A stretch of DNA of 64,000 nucleotides from an uncultured delta proteobacterium (GCA_963701385.1 CAVOZW010000017.1:1481-65480), one strand, 5' to 3'. Counted from the first letter of the stretch, positions 17,224 to 26,803 are shown. Notes: generated by a model from the sequence alone, not told the origin. Made by a program: numbers and translations.

Positions 17224-19946
17224 GTCTTGAGAAACTCGAGATCAGACTTCCGGAATCTTGTGTCCCACTTATTGCTTCCCCCAACCCTACGCATGGCGGA
17301 CAAACCCAAACAATAACGGAACACCGATACCTGGTTCGCGGTGTGAATCAGCTCCAATTTTTTGCCTACCCGTCCGGCCAGGCCATTGATGTGGCTTTTT
17401 GTAAACTTGCGAATGTCCATCTTGTTGTTGGCGGCAGTCACAGACTTGAGCCGCACCTCGAATTCAAAATGGCAATCTGCAGGCGCTGCTGGGGACGCAT
17501 CATAAACCGGCATGAAATAAATCAGACACTTTCGGAAATCCCCAGTGGTGGATTCCAAGGTGAACATCTTTGAGTGCAATTCCCGACTATTGAACTTCTC
17601 CACCGCATTTTGAAACCGCCTCATCTGGGCACGCTGGTTGTTCCACCCGGTGATGTTGTTGCCGTCCGCATTGACGACATATTTATAGTGGGTTTTTAGC
17701 CGCACCACCAACACCGAATCGTAAAGGCAAGTGCCGTTTTTGACATTGTACTGCATCTCATCGATTCCGACTTTATACAACAGCAGATCCATGGTGCCGG
17801 TCTTGCTGTGTTGAAAAGTGTTATCAGTGATTGCGGGATTGAAGAAGTTTCTGTATTTGTTGGCAAGGAAATATTTCAGATTCCTGGTGGCACTGATTTT
17901 GTATTCAACATCGTACTCCCTTTTGCCGACCAGGGTCTGCACATTATTCGTTTTATTTACCCAACTGGCAAACTGCCAAAAATGTCGCAGCCGCAAACCT
18001 TTGTTGGTGAGCATAAGACTAACCTTGGTGGGCAATGAATAGGGTAAGGCCCGACGGGCTTGGTCAAAACGGGGGAGCACCGGTGACGTCCAATCGGAGT
18101 TGATGAGACTACCGGTGGCCGGGTCGGCGGTCGGCTCCAGGTATTCGTCCGGCAAGCCTACGGCATGGCCGATCTCGTGGGCCATGGTATACCAAGGGAA
18201 ACCGAGACCGTCAGCGGCATCAACGCCGGGCCCACCGCTCTGCTGGTAGTTACCCTTGGAAAAATTGGCTATGGTGGGCCCCATGGAATCACGGTCCGCC
18301 GGATTGGGATTGTACACCCTCACGTTGCAATGAAAAGGTGCCGTATCCCGAGCACTCAAATAAAACCGCACACGGATGGCCCGCTTTGGATTGGGTACCG
18401 GGGTGCCATGGGGCCGCATGATGTACTCCTTATGGTTTCCGGGCCTCCCCGGGTCGCAAGGGTGTTTGCCTTCATGCCGAATGCCGGTGTTCGTATTCCC
18501 AATCTTTTTGAAATTAGTAATAGCCGCGGCCATAACCCCATCGGCCCAATATTTGGCACACCAATGAACCAAAAGGTGGGATATCCGTTCGCTGCCTTTG
18601 CCCCAGCAATCATGGAAGTAATGCAAATCATAATTGCCGATCCCGGGCACAAACGGGTCTTTTATTCCGAGTTCACAAGGATGGTCATTGAACACCGCAG
18701 CGCGAATCCCGATGATGTGGCCCTTGGAGGTGTCTCCTTTGATGGTTCGTTCGTTGGTAAGATCGAAGAAGTCGTTTTTAACGCGTACAGCACGGGTGCA
18801 CTGCTCTGCCTTTTGACCGTCAACATAGAAATATTCGTCGCCCAAAAAATAGTTCTTATCCACCACTGGGGTGTTTTTGGTCAAATAAGGCTCGTTGGTC
18901 TCCGGATTACGGATGCCCATCAAGCGGTCAAAAATGGTAAATCGGGTGCCATTAGTCCAAGCCACGGGCAAGCGGTCACTTCCCACCAATACGAAGTCGT
19001 CGAGGAAGAATGTGAGGGGTTTGGCCTTTTCGGTCTGGAGATTGCCGTCTTTGATGAATTCTTTGTATTTCTTGACATCCGGCCCCAATTGGGTACGCTG
19101 GTTCTCGCTTTTCCAGATCTCCGGCAATGGGTAACGCTTAAGAAAATCGGGATACCCAAGTTTCTTGAAGTTAGCTTCTGTAATATGAGCGACCTTTTTC
19201 TCATCGGTCTTCAAAAACCGGTCTTTGCCGCACTTGGCAACCAGATAGATGTCCTCTTTGTCGTATTTTTTTCTGGTAACGCAAATGGCCACAATACCCT
19301 CATCGTTGAGGGGCGTAGCCGCACCAAGAAAATCGTCCTTGGAAAAGGTGTCTTTGTCCCAGGCTTTAACAAGAATGCCTCTAGGCAATCCCTCCACGCT
19401 TTTGGTGTGGCCGTTGTAGTATTCGTACTTCAGGTAGATCCAGTCCCATTTGTGGTTAACTACGATCTCCCAGGGTTTATCTGGGGTGCCGAGTTTGTTT
19501 TTGGCGAATTTTTTGATTTTCCCTTTTTTAAACTCACCGCTTCGGTCGTCGTGGAATTTTTCGTAGTCCTGGCTCTTCCACACCTCAGGAAAGCGAAACA
19601 CGCGTCGGTTGTCCCAAGGTTTAAGGTCCTTTTCCGCAACCAACGCAACGTTTTCGATGTCGAGGTACTCCTTTTTGGAAAAATCGACCTCAAAACAAAG
19701 CTCTTTGCCGTAATAGTCCCGTTCCTTGTAAGTTGCAACGCCCTTGTCATCGGTCTTGGCGCTTTCGATGAGGTCATCGTCATCCATAATTTTAACGGCA
19801 ACATCTTTGGGAAAAGGTTTGTTCTTTTCCTCAATGGGATCGAAATACATGAGCTTGATCACCACCTTGACGATGATCTTCTTGCGCAAGGCAATGACCT
19901 TTTCGATGGCGTCGATCTTTTGCAACAGAAAAATATCTTCCATCAC
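17172..19946 (-). CDS. Large putative zinc metallopeptidase (HExxH zincin), candidate T6SS cargo
   Basis: 924 aa. Motif FPWYTMAHEIGHAVGLPDEYLE (HExxH followed by G..DEY). The N-terminus carries a small beta-sandwich-like module also seen elsewhere in the island. 4-nt overlap with the upstream 236-aa gene. Confidence 0.6.
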   Translation of the reverse strand: MMEDIFLLQKIDAIEKVIALRKKIIVKVVIKLMYFDPIEEKNKPFPKDVAVKIMDDDDLIESAKTDDKGVATYKERDYYGKELCFEVDFSKKEYLDIENVALVAEKDLKPWDNRRVFRFPEVWKSQDYEKFHDDRSGEFKKGKIKKFAKNKLGTPDKPWEIVVNHKWDWIYLKYEYYNGHTKSVEGLPRGILVKAWDKDTFSKDDFLGAATPLNDEGIVAICVTRKKYDKEDIYLVAKCGKDRFLKTDEKKVAHITEANFKKLGYPDFLKRYPLPEIWKSENQRTQLGPDVKKYKEFIKDGNLQTEKAKPLTFFLDDFVLVGSDRLPVAWTNGTRFTIFDRLMGIRNPETNEPYLTKNTPVVDKNYFLGDEYFYVDGQKAEQCTRAVRVKNDFFDLTNERTIKGDTSKGHIIGIRAAVFNDHPCELGIKDPFVPGIGNYDLHYFHDCWGKGSERISHLLVHWCAKYWADGVMAAAITNFKKIGNTNTGIRHEGKHPCDPGRPGNHKEYIMRPHGTPVPNPKRAIRVRFYLSARDTAPFHCNVRVYNPNPADRDSMGPTIANFSKGNYQQSGGPGVDAADGLGFPWYTMAHEIGHAVGLPDEYLEPTADPATGSLINSDWTSPVLPRFDQARRALPYSLPTKVSLMLTNKGLRLRHFWQFASWVNKTNNVQTLVGKREYDVEYKISATRNLKYFLANKYRNFFNPAITDNTFQHSKTGTMDLLLYKVGIDEMQYNVKNGTCLYDSVLVVRLKTHYKYVVNADGNNITGWNNQRAQMRRFQNAVEKFNSRELHSKMFTLESTTGDFRKCLIYFMPVYDASPAAPADCHFEFEVRLKSVTAANNKMDIRKFTKSHINGLAGRVGKKLELIHTANQVSVFRYCLGLSAMRRVGGSNKWDTRFRKSDLEFLKTWMQTKCPGNNYTVKKY

Positions 19947-20653
19947 GACCTCGCTACCGGCTCGATTTGGCCCCAGCCCATATTCTCAAAGGCAAAGTAT
20001 TTTTCGCCATCCTTACCCGGATCCACCTCCAACCAGTAACTGAGGTTGGGAATCAAGTTCTTGAAAATTAGGTCCACACAATCATCTCCTTTTTCAATGT
20101 CGTCGGATGTAGTTTGGACCTGTTCATACTCACAGTCATCGACATTGCGGCCCCCAAATAGGGTGAATTTATCGTCCACGCTCTCCGCCTGGTTGGGATC
20201 AATGGGCAGGCGCACGTAAAGGCTGTATCGGACCACGGTTTCTTCGGTCGAAACAGGGATAGGACCCTCTGCTTCCGGTTCAAACGAGGGTACGGTCGTT
20301 TCGGCGACCATAACCTGCGTCCCCGACCAGGTGGGCATTGTCGACGGCACCTTGACAATCCGCAGGCGGCCTAGGATAACTAAATCCGCTAAGCGGTCGA
20401 CAACTGCCTGGTCGTTTGTTCGACGCAGGTAACTGCCTGTTGCTCCTTCTTGAACTACCTGCCTAAGCATTATAATATTGAAATAGTCCTTGAGAAAACC
20501 GCTCAGAAAGGCCCTGACACTTGAGCGCCCTGAAAACCGAATAAAATCAATTCCCGCCCTCGAATCGTGACCTGCAATCATCTCGTAAGACATGCAACCC
20601 TTACGAATAATTTTTTGCGCACTTGTATTCATTGTTTCTTCTGCAAAATCCAA
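19943..20653 (-). CDS. Hypothetical protein; its C-terminal domain is paralogous to ORF 26288-26803
   Basis: 236 aa. The C-terminal half is YSLYVRLPIDPNQAESVDDKFTLF...VDLIFKNLIPNLSYWLEVDPGKDG. It aligns to YYILIEMDDIDPAINDDEATLE...LRLEFSGVIPGKQYSLEYDLNKDNDG of the 171-aa ORF. Confidence 0.5.
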   Translation of the reverse strand: MDFAEETMNTSAQKIIRKGCMSYEMIAGHDSRAGIDFIRFSGRSSVRAFLSGFLKDYFNIIMLRQVVQEGATGSYLRRTNDQAVVDRLADLVILGRLRIVKVPSTMPTWSGTQVMVAETTVPSFEPEAEGPIPVSTEETVVRYSLYVRLPIDPNQAESVDDKFTLFGGRNVDDCEYEQVQTTSDDIEKGDDCVDLIFKNLIPNLSYWLEVDPGKDGEKYFAFENMGWGQIEPVARS

Positions 20654-20869
20654 TGAATTGTTTTCCTAAATATGCCGGTCTTTTCGCATTCCCCCAAGAA
20701 CTAATCTATTCCATAGAGACAGTAAACATTATGTATTTAGCCAATCCAAATAGCGTAAACTAACCGTTTTTTCACCTGAGTGAATCTTTTTCTATTTCTA
20801 AGCCGCATTTAGATTTGAAACCTGATATACGAGTCAAGAATTAGTCAGTAGCAGACTTGACCCCTATAG

Positions 20870-22762
20870 TTATTTAAATTCTCGTATATCCTGGCGGGTG
20901 AGTTTAACGCCTTCAACTGGATTTCTATCGCCAGTTCGCCACATTTTTTCCGGCAGGGTAATACCTAAATTGTCAGCGGCAGCTTTTGAAATCAGGCCGG
21001 TTTCATCGTCAATCACATCTTTCAGGCGCCACACCCAGAATGTGCCTTTGTATGTTTTAATTCTATCCTCACCGGATAAATCGGGATCGCCGCTTTCGGT
21101 TAAAACCTTTCCAAAATTAACCAAATATTTTACTTCATCCCTTCCTGCTTTATTTGTGACGCGATGGAATATTTGCCCGTTGCTATCAACCAGGGGAGAC
21201 CCATTGAAAAATTTGAATTTTGTTTTCCCGCTAACGATAACCTGGTCGATAATTGATATTAGGTTATCCAGCGAAGATCCAGCACGATTTATCGCTGCTT
21301 CATCGTCAATAATACTATTTAACTTATTTATTTTTGGTTTTCTCTTTTTCTTTAGTTGAATGATTTTTTTGTTGTTCGCTTTAATACTGTTTATGTTGTC
21401 CTGAATTTTGCGTTTTTTGGAGCGATCTCCTTTGTCTCTATTGATTTCATCGCGGCGTGTTTGCGTGTCATTTTCAAGCAAATCGATTTTGGTGTTAATT
21501 TCATTAATCTCATTCTCGAGCTGACTACGAGAAAGATAGAGATCCCGTTTGTTAATAATCTTGTTATAATTGGAATAATCATCAAACAAAAATGCGCCTG
21601 GCCCCGGCCCATTTGCTTGTATTTTGTATAGCCCTTTTTCGCAAGGATCGTCTGAACCATTGTTAAAAATATATTTTTGTTGGCAATTAATTTTATCACC
21701 TAGCTTGAATACCATCCATACGTGGCCTTTGCTTGCGCAGGTGTATATTGTTCCATCTTCCTCATTTAGCGCAAGCTCATAAAAATCTTTTGCCTTCCAA
21801 CGATGTTGGTCAGGATCGTTAGCAAGGTCAAAGGTGTCTTGAAAATCATTTATTTCATTGAAGACGCCGCCACTATAGCTGAGCAATGTAAAAAAGTTAC
21901 CGTATCCATTTGGCTTTTTGTATTCGCCATCAACTACAAAACCATCCGCGTTACGTTTTTCTCGCAGTTCGCCTGTTGGCGCTGCAAGCATTGAGCGGCT
22001 TGTGCCGGAGGCGGCAGTGTAATATTGGTTATAGTTCAACCAGTATGCGAAAAAAATCCCGGTAAGTGTTGAGCATACGGATGCGCCGTAATCACCTTCG
22101 TTACCAGTTGCGGAGACCATCAGTTTTTTGTTTTTTCCCTTTACTTTTAAGTGCCAGCCATCGGGATCGTCACTGCGAAAAGCGCCATCTTTATATCGTT
22201 CTATTCCTCTCCCATAAACAAGATTATGTTGCCATTCCATGAACTTTTCGAATTTTGTGTACTTTTTTACTCTTCTGAAAATAAATTTCAATTTTTGGTC
22301 TTCAGTGGTGGAGCCGTTTAATTCATGAGAAAGTGCTATCTCAATCTGGCTCAGATGCACATCTCCGCTCATGTTAGGTAATTCGATTGGTATTGTTATT
22401 TGCGGAAGTTTTAAAATTTTCCTCTGTAGTTTTCGGTACTCGTATTTACACTCAATTTTCAGGCAAGCGATAACGGAACCATCATCCGTGAAATTGCCAA
22501 ACTGATCAAACGAATACGTGATACCTTTGTGAATCAGTTTAGAATTGTCCTCATCAAGTTCATATTTTCGTTGTACTGGCCGACCAATCGCCTTGGCCTT
22601 TAGCTGGATTTCGTTTTCGACACTCGGGCTATCCTGTTTGATCTTTAGAGTGACGTCTCTAGTTGTGATTTTTACTGTTATCACGTCGCCTGAGTAACAG
22701 TGTGGATCCGTTCCGCTGACACGGTTTGGTAGTTTCCATACAACTTTATTGGCCATCTTCAC
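20870..22762 (-). CDS. Hypothetical large protein, candidate T6SS cargo (possible Cys/His hydrolase core plus Lys-rich coiled coil)
   Basis: 630 aa from AT-rich DNA. Candidate nucleophile context GDYGASVCSTLTGIFFAYW and a downstream CASKGHVWMVF. Lys/Asn-rich helical stretch ENEINEINTKIDLLEND...KKKRKPKINKL. Confidence 0.4.
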   Translation of the reverse strand: MKMANKVVWKLPNRVSGTDPHCYSGDVITVKITTRDVTLKIKQDSPSVENEIQLKAKAIGRPVQRKYELDEDNSKLIHKGITYSFDQFGNFTDDGSVIACLKIECKYEYRKLQRKILKLPQITIPIELPNMSGDVHLSQIEIALSHELNGSTTEDQKLKFIFRRVKKYTKFEKFMEWQHNLVYGRGIERYKDGAFRSDDPDGWHLKVKGKNKKLMVSATGNEGDYGASVCSTLTGIFFAYWLNYNQYYTAASGTSRSMLAAPTGELREKRNADGFVVDGEYKKPNGYGNFFTLLSYSGGVFNEINDFQDTFDLANDPDQHRWKAKDFYELALNEEDGTIYTCASKGHVWMVFKLGDKINCQQKYIFNNGSDDPCEKGLYKIQANGPGPGAFLFDDYSNYNKIINKRDLYLSRSQLENEINEINTKIDLLENDTQTRRDEINRDKGDRSKKRKIQDNINSIKANNKKIIQLKKKRKPKINKLNSIIDDEAAINRAGSSLDNLISIIDQVIVSGKTKFKFFNGSPLVDSNGQIFHRVTNKAGRDEVKYLVNFGKVLTESGDPDLSGEDRIKTYKGTFWVWRLKDVIDDETGLISKAAADNLGITLPEKMWRTGDRNPVEGVKLTRQDIREFK

Positions 22763-24200
22763 CCTCCTGCGATCGGTTAAGGGTGATTATTTCGGGGTCA
22801 TATACTGATGATGTCGAGGCAATATCAAATTTGCCGAGTCTGGTTTCGATGGTATACATTTCTGACGGTAGCATGTCTTTAATGATTGTACCATTATCAT
22901 TTGTTTTCCCATTCGCGACAGTGGCACCTTCGCTATCAATGATGGAATAGTCGAGTTCTGCTAGCGGTTTATCAAGTTCATCGACAAGCACGGCGGAAAC
23001 ACATTGAAAAATCGCGAAGTGGGTCCGGCTTCCGGTTAAATAAAGTGGAATATCGATGGGAATTTCACCGCTAAAGGCTTCTTCGTTCTCTTTTAAAACG
23101 ATCTCGGTTGTTTCCTCATCACTGGTCGCATCTGTGTCATCGACTTGATCCTCATCAAAGTCATCGGCCTTATCAGCGTTATCATATATGTCAGCCTCAT
23201 CTAATTCTTCACTGGCTGCTGATAATTTTGAAGTTTGCGTGTGAGGCGTCGTCGATGCCGCAGTCTGTACTTCTACTGTCGTCGCGCTTTCCATGTTTAG
23301 GCTCGGCAGTTCATTTTCTACGACCGGGATCACTTCGAGTAATTGCTCAAATTCCACGTACACCTTACCTGGCGGAATATCATCCAGTTTAATCAGGCCT
23401 TCTGCATCGGTTTTGCCCTTGATTTCCTGGTCGTCTGCCAAATACAGGATGTATGGTTCGTCTGCCAGTGGTTTGTTTAGTCCATTTGTTAACAATATTT
23501 CAATATTGTCCTGAAACTTCAGTAGCCCAGATTCCTGCTTATCACCAAATATCTTACCATGGAAATCAATCAGAAAGAAGTATTCAGGGGGATTATAATT
23601 TTCTCCATACTTCTCTTTTTCTTCCTGAGTAGGTATCTCATCTATATCTTCATGATATTCGTATTCCCACTCTGCCTCTATCTTTTTATTCTGCACCCGG
23701 CATGGAAATTTGGTAATGAAATCGTGGGCACCTTCCTGATCGTATTCATAGATAAGAACCATAACCTCTGTTTCATCCGGAAGATTTTCAACATCAGCAC
23801 TAAGCTTTACAATATCGCCCCGCCTTGCTTCCTTCTGCCCCCACTTTTGATGAGTCACCTCAACCGACGGGATGATCCTGACCGGCGCCGATGTCAATTC
23901 CAGACCGTGATCGGGCAGCTTCGCCGTAAAAGAAAGTTCTTCTTTAGCTTTCTGAGTAATGACAACGAAACCAGCAAAATGATCTCCAAAAACGATCCCT
24001 TTGACTTTTTCAATTATTTTGCCTTTTTTGTCTTCGACCTTTATTTCGATTTTGGAACCGTTGCCCACAAAATGGGTCATCACATCAAATGCGATCTTCT
24101 CATTTACAAATGCCATGCCGCTTTGCCAACTGGCGTGCGTGATTTTCGAATCGAGCGTGATCGTCTGGACTTCGTCCGTTTTTTTTTGATATTCCTTCAT
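22746..24200 (-). CDS. Multi-module protein paralogous to the PAAR C-terminal extension
   Basis: 484 aa. It shares WGQKEARRGDIVKLSADVE with the PAAR protein (WSQDEARVGDVVKLTAEVE). It also shares IEAEWEYEYHED...PEYFF and LKFQDNIEILL...PYILYLADDQEIKGKTDAEG...PPGKVYVEF with ORF 27344-27751. Contains an acidic linker. Confidence 0.5.
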   Translation of the reverse strand: MKEYQKKTDEVQTITLDSKITHASWQSGMAFVNEKIAFDVMTHFVGNGSKIEIKVEDKKGKIIEKVKGIVFGDHFAGFVVITQKAKEELSFTAKLPDHGLELTSAPVRIIPSVEVTHQKWGQKEARRGDIVKLSADVENLPDETEVMVLIYEYDQEGAHDFITKFPCRVQNKKIEAEWEYEYHEDIDEIPTQEEKEKYGENYNPPEYFFLIDFHGKIFGDKQESGLLKFQDNIEILLTNGLNKPLADEPYILYLADDQEIKGKTDAEGLIKLDDIPPGKVYVEFEQLLEVIPVVENELPSLNMESATTVEVQTAASTTPHTQTSKLSAASEELDEADIYDNADKADDFDEDQVDDTDATSDEETTEIVLKENEEAFSGEIPIDIPLYLTGSRTHFAIFQCVSAVLVDELDKPLAELDYSIIDSEGATVANGKTNDNGTIIKDMLPSEMYTIETRLGKFDIASTSSVYDPEIITLNRSQEGEDGQ

Positions 24201-24253
24201 ACTATTCGAATCATTTTCATCGGCACGAATATTTCGTTGCCAGGACGAGGTCG

Positions 24254-26248
24254 CTAAACATCCAGTTTCTTAGCCTGGTAGCCACTATAGGCTGATGTAA
24301 AAAAATTGTGCACATAGGCTTCGAAGTTCTTATCGCCCACGATCTCGTTGATCATGGCATCATCTCCCGGGTTTTGCTTTTTCAATTCGATCATCAAGGG
24401 GTGTTCTTTGACTTTTTTTAATTCGATAAAAAAATCATAATAGTCCGATACCCATTTGTTCTTGGATGGGTCATTTTTCTTAAACTCTGTTTTCATCGCA
24501 GCGAGGTAACGTTTCTCTTCGATGGATTTATAATCGAATATCCCCTCGCACAGTGCGCCGATGAGCGAAACGGCTATACCCACTCCCACGAGAATAGCAC
24601 CGAGCGGTGCAAATGGTGTTAACATCAAAACCGAACCTCCCAAAACAAGCCCTTTTCCCGCGTATGCAACTACAGAATAGGCGTACTTTTTGCCATCACC
24701 GGTATCAGCTGCAGCATACATATCGTAGATCGAGATTCCCCAATCTGCTGCTGCCCCAGCAACTCCAGCCGCCTTAGAAACGACAGCTCCTTTTGGGATT
24801 CGATTATTTATTACAGGGATATCCATGATATCCGTTGTTACACCATAAATTGCAGTAGCCTTATCGATGGTGTCACGATTGTTCTTGCTCTCCTTTTGCA
24901 ATGCTGCAAGAAGTGATATGGCCGACACACCAGCTTTAATGCCGCCTTTGATATTGTCCGGTACAGGATTTGTTTGTTTCTCGAAAAAGCCATCCACATT
25001 TACTGGTGTCCCGTGAATGAGAGAACGATCTAACTCCTGTTGCAGCTCACCGTAGTCGGTAATAATCCCTTTCGCTTCGAGAAAATAGCAGACGCCTTTG
25101 AAATCTGTGCTGAGTGATCTAAGCTTTGAAGCTAATTGATAATTTCTGGCTTCAGCCACGATTTTTAACATATTCTGTATGTTACCAATCCACTTGGCCT
25201 TTTCTTCTGCTTTCTTTATGGCACTTTTGGCCTTGCCTTTAGCCGAGTCTTCGACCAGCTTTTTAAACTGCTCTTTGTACAAAGAACGGGAGGTATATGT
25301 TCCCGTTTGAAAAAAGGAAATTAGCGCATCATCGTAGATCTTGATGATTTCATCAGTGGGTATGAAAGTGGAACTCGAATTTCGTTTTTCCCAATCCGTT
25401 ATCTTGTATTGATAATTGTGGATTTGAGATCGAAAGATCGCATCGAGGATGGCGACCGGCATCTGAATCCTTTTTTTGTATCTTCGGGTTTCGCCTTCTA
25501 TAAAATTAGTCAATACCCTTCTCGTTTCCTCTACACAAGCTACATTGATAATCGTGCTTTCAATGTTGTCGGAGTAAAATATTTTATCCCCCGTAGATAT
25601 CCTTCCTTTTACTCGTCGTTCTTTTTTGTGCGCCCTTAATGATAGTGATATCTGGATATGGCGTCCACGCCCCTTCACCACATTATGGGCCTGATCAAGA
25701 AGGCACGCACAAGCCATGGCTTTACCGATACAATTGTGATACGCCTTAGTCGTTTTCGTCAATATTTTAGTGTAGTGCTTCAGTCTCTCAATATAGATAT
25801 CGATTGGACAACACAGAAAAATCGCCTTATTATCTTTGTTGATGAAGCCACGAAATGCAAGGTTGTGCTTATTCAGATAATCAACGTTTACCGATTTGGC
25901 AGTCACATATTTGAAAGGCCAGACAAACAAGCATATTTCTTGATCTGAAGAAAAGGTAACAGGTTGATATCTATATTTATAGTGTTTTTTCATTATCCAG
26001 GGATGCATGAGCTGAGAGACCATGAATTTCTTGTTTTTAAATTGCAGGTCTGAATCGCACGTATACATGATCCCCTTGTTGTCTGTCCTGGCAACTCCTC
26101 CGAAAATTTTGCCCATGTTGACAAAATCATTTTTAGTATATGCATAGACAACCCACTGGTTCGTTATCGGGACTGGAAGACGTTTCCCCTTACGAACGAA
26201 AGACTCACCTGCATAGAACAATTTCGGTTTTATCGCTTGGCCTGCCAT
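24254..26248 (-). CDS. Hypothetical large protein with C-terminal glycine-zipper/TM segments, candidate membrane-targeting cargo
   Basis: 664 aa. C-terminal AAGVAGAAADWGISIY and VVAYAGKGLVLGGSVLMLTPFAPLGAILVGVGIAVSLIGALC. I recognise no catalytic motif. Confidence 0.4.
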   Translation of the reverse strand: MAGQAIKPKLFYAGESFVRKGKRLPVPITNQWVVYAYTKNDFVNMGKIFGGVARTDNKGIMYTCDSDLQFKNKKFMVSQLMHPWIMKKHYKYRYQPVTFSSDQEICLFVWPFKYVTAKSVNVDYLNKHNLAFRGFINKDNKAIFLCCPIDIYIERLKHYTKILTKTTKAYHNCIGKAMACACLLDQAHNVVKGRGRHIQISLSLRAHKKERRVKGRISTGDKIFYSDNIESTIINVACVEETRRVLTNFIEGETRRYKKRIQMPVAILDAIFRSQIHNYQYKITDWEKRNSSSTFIPTDEIIKIYDDALISFFQTGTYTSRSLYKEQFKKLVEDSAKGKAKSAIKKAEEKAKWIGNIQNMLKIVAEARNYQLASKLRSLSTDFKGVCYFLEAKGIITDYGELQQELDRSLIHGTPVNVDGFFEKQTNPVPDNIKGGIKAGVSAISLLAALQKESKNNRDTIDKATAIYGVTTDIMDIPVINNRIPKGAVVSKAAGVAGAAADWGISIYDMYAAADTGDGKKYAYSVVAYAGKGLVLGGSVLMLTPFAPLGAILVGVGIAVSLIGALCEGIFDYKSIEEKRYLAAMKTEFKKNDPSKNKWVSDYYDFFIELKKVKEHPLMIELKKQNPGDDAMINEIVGDKNFEAYVHNFFTSAYSGYQAKKLDV

Positions 26249-26287
26249 GCTATTACAATATCATCCAAATTCTATTATCAGAACGTT

Positions 26288-26803
26288 TTACTCCTCATAA
26301 CCGTCTGCCTGTTCGGACTGCAATATCGCCTCGTCATCCGCATCGATATCCGGCTCCTGGTACAATTCATCTATTTCAGATGAAACAAATCCAGACTCGC
26401 TATAAGGCAATGCACCGTCAACAGATATATCTTGGTGCTTTGTGATTGGCCTCTTTTTATCCAGGTCCTCTTCTTCGATCAGCAATTCATGGAAAACGAT
26501 GAATCTGCCGAGGTCGTTTCCATCATTATCCTTATTCAAGTCATACTCTAAGCTATATTGTTTCCCTGGAATGACCCCGGAAAATTCCAAACGCAGATAT
26601 TTGTCATCGACTTTTTCGCTTTTTTCAGCCACCTTAATGGTCTTTTTGTACTTTTCATCAGATGACTCCAGAGTGGCTTCATCGTCATTAATGGCCGGAT
26701 CAATGTCATCCATCTCAATCAGGATATAGTAGGTTCCGCCCAAATAAAATTGATTTCGCTTACCACTTCTGGCTTTGCGCTTTTTGGTTTTATAGTTTTC
26801 CAT
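26288..26803 (-). CDS. Small acidic protein, paralog of the C-terminal domain of ORF 19943-20653
   Basis: 171 aa. See the alignment given for 19943-20653. Lies immediately upstream (39 nt) of the 664-aa gene. Confidence 0.5.
   Translation of the reverse strand: MENYKTKKRKARSGKRNQFYLGGTYYILIEMDDIDPAINDDEATLESSDEKYKKTIKVAEKSEKVDDKYLRLEFSGVIPGKQYSLEYDLNKDNDGNDLGRFIVFHELLIEEEDLDKKRPITKHQDISVDGALPYSESGFVSSEIDELYQEPDIDADDEAILQSEQADGYEE

Noticed and set aside
18165-20039. 624-aa plus-strand ORF opposite the 924-aa zincin gene
   Set aside because: It is a shadow ORF. It has a Val/Phe/Gly-rich low-information composition and no motifs. The minus-strand ORF carries the HExxH motif and fits the operon's overlaps.
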